Assembly: GCA_964567265.1 (NCBI GenBank)
Contig: CAZMLK010000001.1
Coordinates: 164,710 to 228,709 of the forward strand
Direction: 5' to 3'
From: an uncultured Candidatus Saccharibacteria bacterium
GTDB lineage: Bacteria; Patescibacteriota; Minisyncoccia; Phycocordibacterales; UBA12088
DNA length: 64,000 bases
Positions 58,912-64,000 of the stretch are shown one piece after another. Every line of letters starts with the position of its first letter. Position 1 is the first letter of the stretch. The position numbers and the translations under genes are program-made. The notes below the pieces were generated by a model. It did not search any database. It was not told where the DNA came from and worked only from the letters and a program-made list of their open reading frames with translations.

Positions 58912-59292
58912 ATGACGACTTCCAATCGAAATGCTTCAAGGAAGATCAGCATGAAGATTTCTGGATCGAGAATGCTGCCGGTCCTGCTGCTCGTATCCGC
59001 GCTCTCGATGCTGGCATTCAGTCTCGTTACGATGAATATCGAAATGCTCCTGTTCAGCTTCCTCTTGTTGCTGTGGTGGTGCGCGCGGACGCAGATCTTC
59101 CTCCATCTTGAGGGATGGACGCTTGATCTCGTATTCATCGCGATTGGCACCGTCGGCGCCTTCTACCTCGAGCTGTTCGCGTCTCCGGAGCTCCGGGCAG
59201 CGTTTGCAGCGCACTATGTTCATTTCCTGTCTATCGCTGCAATCGTGGCGTTCGCCTTGTGGTGGTTGCTTGCCCCTCTAGATGAGGGCTAG
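58912..59292 (+). CDS. Small membrane protein (hypothetical)
   Basis: Hydrophobic helices; terminator 59330-59362 downstream. Confidence 0.45.
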   Translation: MTTSNRNASRKISMKISGSRMLPVLLLVSALSMLAFSLVTMNIEMLLFSFLLLLWWCARTQIFLHLEGWTLDLVFIAIGTVGAFYLELFASPELRAAFAAHYVHFLSIAAIVAFALWWLLAPLDEG

Positions 59293-59430
59293 TGGACCAA
59301 CCCTCTCGAACTCCATACCGTTTCAACAGTAGGCGGCCTATGAAGGCCGCCTTTCTTTTTTGCATTCGGACCTGCTCTTCGCTATAGTCGCAGGAGACGA
59401 TCGCTTGATACACCCTATCGGAGAATTGCC

Positions 59431-59781
59431 ATGCCATCAGGCAAGGATAGCTGGATCACGAACTGCTTCTTCCTGCTGACGCTCTATTTCCTCGAGCATG
59501 CGAGCTGGTACAACCGGCCCGAATGCATGCCGGTCGCGGCCGTCCTCTTCGCATGGGCGCTTTCGCGACGCACCTTCTCTGATTGGTCGGCGAGGGTTGA
59601 CGGACTCGGCAGTCTCGGGCTCGGGTATGTCCTCTTCACGGCCTATTATCCGGCACACTATGAGGATGAATCGTCCTTTGTCTACCAGTTCGCAATAGTC
59701 ATCGCCGTGATGCTTCTGATTGGATCCATCGCGCTCCTGACCTTCGGCATTTTCCGGAAAAAGACGCAGGAAGAATCTTGA
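59431..59781 (+). CDS. Small membrane protein (hypothetical)
   Basis: 3 hydrophobic helices; terminator 59789-59818 downstream. Confidence 0.45.
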   Translation: MPSGKDSWITNCFFLLTLYFLEHASWYNRPECMPVAAVLFAWALSRRTFSDWSARVDGLGSLGLGYVLFTAYYPAHYEDESSFVYQFAIVIAVMLLIGSIALLTFGIFRKKTQEES

Positions 59782-59838
59782 ATCGGGAAGCGGCCGCCTC
59801 AGTGCGGCCGCTTTTTATATTCTGGTATACTGGCATTT

Positions 59839-60891
59839 ATGAAATCGAACGATCAGCACGAGCACCAGACCCTGTATCGGAAATACCGACCCGGAGCGTT
59901 CGCCGACGTCCTCGGGCAGGAGCATATCACTGCCGTCCTCGAAGGCGAGATCGCGAAGGGCTCGATCGCGCACGCCTACCTCTTCGCAGGGCCCCGCGGG
60001 ACGGGGAAGACCTCGACCGCCCGCATCTTCGCGAAGGCGCTCGGGACATCCGACAATGACCTCTATGAGCTCGATGCGGCCTCGAATGGCGGCATTGATG
60101 AGATCCGCGAGCTTCGCGAGGCAGTCCTCACCCTCCCGTTCGAGTCTCCGAAAAAGGTCTACATCCTCGACGAGGCGCACATGATCACCAAGGCTGCGTT
60201 CAACGCGTTCCTGAAGACGCTCGAAGAACCGCCGAAGCATGTGGTGTTCATCCTCGCGACCACCGACGTCGAGAAGGTCCCGGAGACCGTGCTCTCGCGC
60301 TGCGAGACCTTCACGTTCCGGAAGCCCTCGCAGCTCATACTTCGCGAGATGATCATGCGGACTGCGAAGAAAGAGGGCGTCACGCTCGAGAGCGCGTCTG
60401 CTGACCTGATAGCGCTCCTTGCAGAAGGCTCGTTCCGCGACGCGCATGGCATCCTCCAGAAAATCCTCTCGTCCTCGACCGACAAGAAAGTGACGCTCGC
60501 GGAAGTCGAGCAGGTGACGGGCGCTCCGAAGGGAGGTCTCGTGAATGCAGTGGTCGGAGCGATCGCGAGCGGCGACATCGAAGCCGCTCTTGCCGCATCC
60601 GAGTCCGCAACCGCAGCGAACCTCGACATGAAGCTCTTCCTCCGCCTCATCCTCGAGAAGACGCGCGCAGTCCTGTTGTACCGCCTTGCGCCCGAACTCC
60701 GGAAATCGCTCGAAGAAAAATATTCGGGAGAAGATTTCGAATTCCTGAAGACGACGGCCGAGGACAAGGCATCGAAGCTGAACGCGAACGCGCTCCGCGA
60801 GCTCCTCACCGCGTACTCGGACCTCTTCACCGCCGCCGTCCCCGAAGTCCCTTTGCAGCTCGCGCTCATCCGCATCATCAATGGAAACTAA
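59839..60891 (+). CDS. dnaX: DNA polymerase III subunit gamma/tau (short form)
   Basis: YRKYRP, GPRGTGKTSTARIFA Walker A, DEAHM Walker B, SRC sensor; 350 aa. Confidence 0.9.
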   Translation: MKSNDQHEHQTLYRKYRPGAFADVLGQEHITAVLEGEIAKGSIAHAYLFAGPRGTGKTSTARIFAKALGTSDNDLYELDAASNGGIDEIRELREAVLTLPFESPKKVYILDEAHMITKAAFNAFLKTLEEPPKHVVFILATTDVEKVPETVLSRCETFTFRKPSQLILREMIMRTAKKEGVTLESASADLIALLAEGSFRDAHGILQKILSSSTDKKVTLAEVEQVTGAPKGGLVNAVVGAIASGDIEAALAASESATAANLDMKLFLRLILEKTRAVLLYRLAPELRKSLEEKYSGEDFEFLKTTAEDKASKLNANALRELLTAYSDLFTAAVPEVPLQLALIRIINGN

Positions 60892-61522
60892 CCCGAACCA
60901 CAAACGCGTGTACCTCGTCCGCCACGGCCAGACCGTGGCGAACATTTCTGGTGCGGTCCAAGGGCTCGCAGATCCGCTCACCGAGGCGGGGGAGGAGCAG
61001 GCGAGGATCCTCGCAGAGCGGTTCCGCCTGATCCCGTTCGATGTCCTCTATGCGAGCGATGCCATCCGTGCCCATGAGACTGCCCGGAGGATCGGAGACG
61101 CGACGGGTCATGCCATCCAATCGACACCGCTCCTTCGCGAAGTACCGTATCCGACTTCGCTTGTCGGCCTGCAAAAGACGGAGGCTTCAGTGGCAGCCTA
61201 TCTGGTGGAGCAATACTGCCTTCGGGAAGATTCCACCTGGAAATATGAGGACGAGGAAAGCTTCAGCGAGCTTTGCCTGCGCGCCGATGCCGTCCTCGAG
61301 ATATTCGAGAACGAATCCGCCGCCACCATCACGGCGGTTACCCATGGGCACTTCCTCAAGATCATCATCGGCCGCCTGCTCCTCGGGGAAGCATTCACCG
61401 TTTCCGACTGGCACCGGCTCGTGACATTCCTCTCTATGTCGAATACCGGCATCACCATGCTCGACTTTGACGGGACCAAGTGGCGCATGCTCACCTGGAA
61501 CGACCACGCGCATCTGGGGTAA
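60881..61522 (+). CDS. Histidine phosphatase family protein (phosphoglycerate-mutase-like)
   Basis: RHGQT catalytic motif (VYLVRHGQTVAN), second His in VTHGHF. Confidence 0.75.
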   Translation: METNPNHKRVYLVRHGQTVANISGAVQGLADPLTEAGEEQARILAERFRLIPFDVLYASDAIRAHETARRIGDATGHAIQSTPLLREVPYPTSLVGLQKTEASVAAYLVEQYCLREDSTWKYEDEESFSELCLRADAVLEIFENESAATITAVTHGHFLKIIIGRLLLGEAFTVSDWHRLVTFLSMSNTGITMLDFDGTKWRMLTWNDHAHLG

Positions 61523-61608
61523 TCTCCACTCTCCATCCATTGACGTACTCACTCGCCGGTCGTATGGTTACGGGGGGATAAACAATCGATCAGCGAAGGA
61601 TCAGGGCA

Positions 61609-62001
61609 ATGCCCAAAGGCAAGTCAAAGAATCCCAGGGAACTTTTATTCCGTTGGGTAGTGCTGAATCCTCGAGCCATTCGCAATCAAGAGGTGTTGCT
61701 CCATTTCGGTGCGTTACCCGAGGATGAAAGGTATTCACTCCTTGGCTCCGCCGAACCGATGGAACTCGTTGCAGACGCGTACGATACTCTCGTTCCCTGG
61801 GATTACAGCGCGGTTCTGGGACTCTGCCGGCATCCGCTTAGGTGCAGCCCCGCAGAACTCTGGTGCGCGACCAACAGCCAGCAGATGTGCAGGCTTCGGT
61901 ATTTAATGTCAATCCGTGACTTCAAGATCCTCTGGTACCGGGCGAACACGACAGAAATGTTCGCCAGGCACAACGCACGCGTGCGAGAATTTATCGCATG
62001 A
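61609..62001 (+). CDS. Hypothetical protein (130 aa)
   Basis: ORF only. Confidence 0.3.
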   Translation: MPKGKSKNPRELLFRWVVLNPRAIRNQEVLLHFGALPEDERYSLLGSAEPMELVADAYDTLVPWDYSAVLGLCRHPLRCSPAELWCATNSQQMCRLRYLMSIRDFKILWYRANTTEMFARHNARVREFIA

Positions 62002-62120
62002 GTTTCAAGGGCGGCCCCTCCGGGGCCGCCCTTAGCCATTTCCATACACCCAAGCAGTTCATGGATAAAAGCCGCTATATTTGGTACGTTTACAGGTGAG
62101 TGGCGAAGAGCCATTGAAAT

Positions 62121-62191
62121 TGGGGAGTCGTCTAATGGTAGGACAGAGGCCTTTGAAGCCTTTAATTGGGGTTCGAATCCCTACTCCCCAG
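62121..62191 (+). tRNA. tRNA-Gln (anticodon TTG)
   Basis: U1-A72 pair, anticodon loop CTTTGAA, GGTTCGAATCC T-arm. Confidence 0.8.
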
Positions 62192-62227
62192 CAAAGTTCA
62201 AAAGCAATTGTATATAATAGTAAGGAT

Positions 62228-62755
62228 ATGAATTTTTTAGCGCGTATAAACAGTAGAAATCCAATAGCGGAATCTGAACCTCGCAAGTCAAAGAGCAGAC
62301 TCAAGACAGTTCTAGCAATAATCGGTGGCATTGTGCTGCTACTTGTTGTAATCGCTGGTTTTGGAATCATGCAGGGAGCCAGAGAGAAGTCAGAGGTTGA
62401 GCCGGTACTTGTTGCATACATGCAGGCCGTCTCAAATAATGAAATTGAAAAAGCTTATGACCTTGTTTCGGAAGAGTTCAAGTCCGTTGCACCCATCGAA
62501 GATTTTAAAAATAATCAAGCTCTATTTGAAGCACAGTATTCTGGTTTCCAAAAGTTGGAATACAGAGGCTTTCGTGTAAATAAGGTCGTGGGCTCTCCTG
62601 ACGTTTATCAATATTTCGGATTGATTACTTATACAAATGGCGACAAGGGCGAACTTACTGCCTCTCTGAAAAAGCAAAGTGGTGTGTATAAAATCTTGGG
62701 TATAAACGTCAACATTGGCGTCGATAGGGCTAATGCGTTTAAGGATAAGCTGTAA
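62228..62755 (+). CDS. Membrane-anchored protein with NTF2-like/DUF4878-like periplasmic domain; low-GC gene next to tRNA-Gln
   Basis: About 40% GC versus about 60% background; TM helix then about 110-aa domain (YMQAVSNNEIEKAYDLVSEEFK...). Confidence 0.5.
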   Translation: MNFLARINSRNPIAESEPRKSKSRLKTVLAIIGGIVLLLVVIAGFGIMQGAREKSEVEPVLVAYMQAVSNNEIEKAYDLVSEEFKSVAPIEDFKNNQALFEAQYSGFQKLEYRGFRVNKVVGSPDVYQYFGLITYTNGDKGELTASLKKQSGVYKILGINVNIGVDRANAFKDKL

Positions 62756-62844
62756 TTTCAAACTCCTCGCCACCCACCTCCACCCATGCTACATTCCCCG
62801 TATAGCATACGGCCTCCCAAGGGGAGCCGGTAACACCACACAGT

Positions 62845-63708
62845 ATGGTTACCCAGTACGTACTCTATGCGATCGCGGTCCTCGTCGTTTTTTTCTTCCT
62901 CAGCGGCATCCGCATCATCCGCCCCACGCAGCGTGCGGTCGTTGAGCGTCTCGGACGGTATAAGAATTTCGCCAATCCCGGTTTTCACTGGATCATCCCC
63001 ATCATCGACCAGATGGAGAAGGTCGATACCACTGAGAACATGGTGGATATCGCGGCACACGAGATCATCACTGAGGACAATCTGAACGCGAAGGTGGACA
63101 TGATGATCTACTTCCAGGTGAAGCATGACGAGGAGAGCGTGAAGCGCTCTCTCTATGAGGTCAGCGACTTCCGGAGCCAGATCGTTTCACTCGCGCAGAC
63201 CACTGCCCGCAATGTCATCGGCGGCATGGCGTTCAAGGACGTGAACTCGCAGCGCTCGAAGCTGAATGTCGCGCTTGCGACCATTCTCCGCGCGGAGACC
63301 GCGAAGTGGGGTGTCGAAGTAGTCCGTGTCGAGATGAAAGAGATCATCCCGCCGACTGATGTGCAGGAGACCATGAACATGGTCATCAAGGCCGAGAACA
63401 GCAAGCGCTCCGCGATCGACTTCGCGACCGCGAAGGAAACGGAAGCCGATGGTAACCGCCGCGCGATGATCAAGGAAGCCGAAGGAAAGAAGCAGGCTGC
63501 GATCCTCGAAGCCGAAGGACAGGCGCAGGCGTTCGATCTCATCAACAAGGCATTCACTGGAAACGCGCAGATCCTGAAGCAGCTTGAAGTCACGCAGAAC
63601 GCGCTCCAGGACAACGCGAAGATCGTCCTCACGGACAAGGGAATTTCCCCGCAGCTCATCCTCGGCGATCTGCCGCTTCCGATGAAGCCCGCTCCGAAGA
63701 GTTACTAG
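62845..63708 (+). CDS. SPFH/band-7 family protein (stomatin/HflK/C-like)
   Basis: N-terminal TM, SPFH core (RIIRPTQRAVVERLGRY...), coiled-coil C-terminus. Confidence 0.85.
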   Translation: MVTQYVLYAIAVLVVFFFLSGIRIIRPTQRAVVERLGRYKNFANPGFHWIIPIIDQMEKVDTTENMVDIAAHEIITEDNLNAKVDMMIYFQVKHDEESVKRSLYEVSDFRSQIVSLAQTTARNVIGGMAFKDVNSQRSKLNVALATILRAETAKWGVEVVRVEMKEIIPPTDVQETMNMVIKAENSKRSAIDFATAKETEADGNRRAMIKEAEGKKQAAILEAEGQAQAFDLINKAFTGNAQILKQLEVTQNALQDNAKIVLTDKGISPQLILGDLPLPMKPAPKSY

Positions 63709-63725
63709 TAGGAGTGGTGTACTGA

Positions 63726-63767
63726 AAACCCCCGGCACAAGCGCAGCTTGTGCCGGGGGTTTTCTTG
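63726..63767 (+). terminator. Rho-independent terminator
   Basis: cccccggcacaagc-gcag-cttgtgccggggg then ttttcttgg. Confidence 0.7.
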
Positions 63768-63837
63768 GGGAGCAATCCTTACCTGCATATCTCTTGGATT
63801 CAATTTTGGGGGGAGTATACTAACCTCATGGAACCGC

Positions 63838-64000
63838 TCATATTCAAAAGCAAGAGCTGGTGGAAAAGCGAATGGGACCTTTATCGAGGCGAGCAGCTAG
63901 TGGGCTCCCTGCGTATGAGAAAGAAAATGTCGTATGCGCTCGCGGAAATTTCTATCGGCGAGAAGCGATGGGAGATCGGCTACAAGGGATGGAATGCGAA
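63838..64000 (+). CDS. Hypothetical protein, N-terminal fragment (runs off window)
   Basis: ORF MEPLIFKSKSWWKSEWDLYRGE... continues past window end. Confidence 0.3.

Noticed and set aside
62081-62227. Upstream part of the 224-aa ORF before MNFLARIN
   Set aside because: Overlaps tRNA-Gln. Trimmed to the internal ATG at 62228, which precedes the TM helix.

Overview
The window is a 64-kb, roughly 60% GC, gene-dense bacterial chromosomal segment with mostly housekeeping content. Several traits point to a reduced Patescibacteria/CPR-like genome: a short IF-2 without the N-terminal domain, a short Rel without the ACT domain, tRNAs with no encoded CCA, and many small secreted or membrane proteins. 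This placement is an inference.

Confidently recognised genes include:
- a minus-strand cluster lepB-hisS(divergent)-rpsU-ybeY-ftsA-ftsZ;
- trxB, pth, rpsA, gyrA, infB-rbfA, a cysteine desulfurase, an HtrA-like protease and clpB;
- miaA, parB, rel, topA-dprA, serS, ftsQ, a second Clp-like AAA+ protein, dus, dnaX, two SPFH proteins, and rpmG (below the ORF-track size cutoff);
- nine tRNAs: Leu-TAG, Lys-CTT, Leu-TAA, Cys-GCA, Tyr-GTA, Trp-CCA, Leu-CAA and Gln-TTG, plus their flanking elements.

The most unusual content:
1. A tandem array of six paralogous small two-helix membrane proteins resembling TrbC/VirB2-type T4SS pilins (17.8-20.3 kb). Two more paralogs lie near 34-36 kb, one of them fused to an Ig-like domain and a lytic-transglycosylase domain, giving a VirB2+VirB1-like composite. 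No T4SS ATPases are in the window.
2. An SPFH protein translationally coupled to a large polytopic membrane protein, convergent with the pilin array.
3. A genome-wide-looking pattern in which tRNA genes are followed by trailers antisense to their own T-arm/acceptor 3' half, plus a roughly 80-nt palindromic repeat family flanked by tRNA-3'-end-derived direct repeats.
4. Base-composition islands: a roughly 70% GC ORF-poor segment with GC3-saturated mini-ORFs (10.9-11.7 kb), and low-GC islets next to tRNA-Trp and tRNA-Gln.
5. A Clp-like ATPase with a degenerate D1 ATPase domain and a hydrophobic N-terminus, and a HisRS homologue that seems to lack the class-II motif-2/3 arginines.
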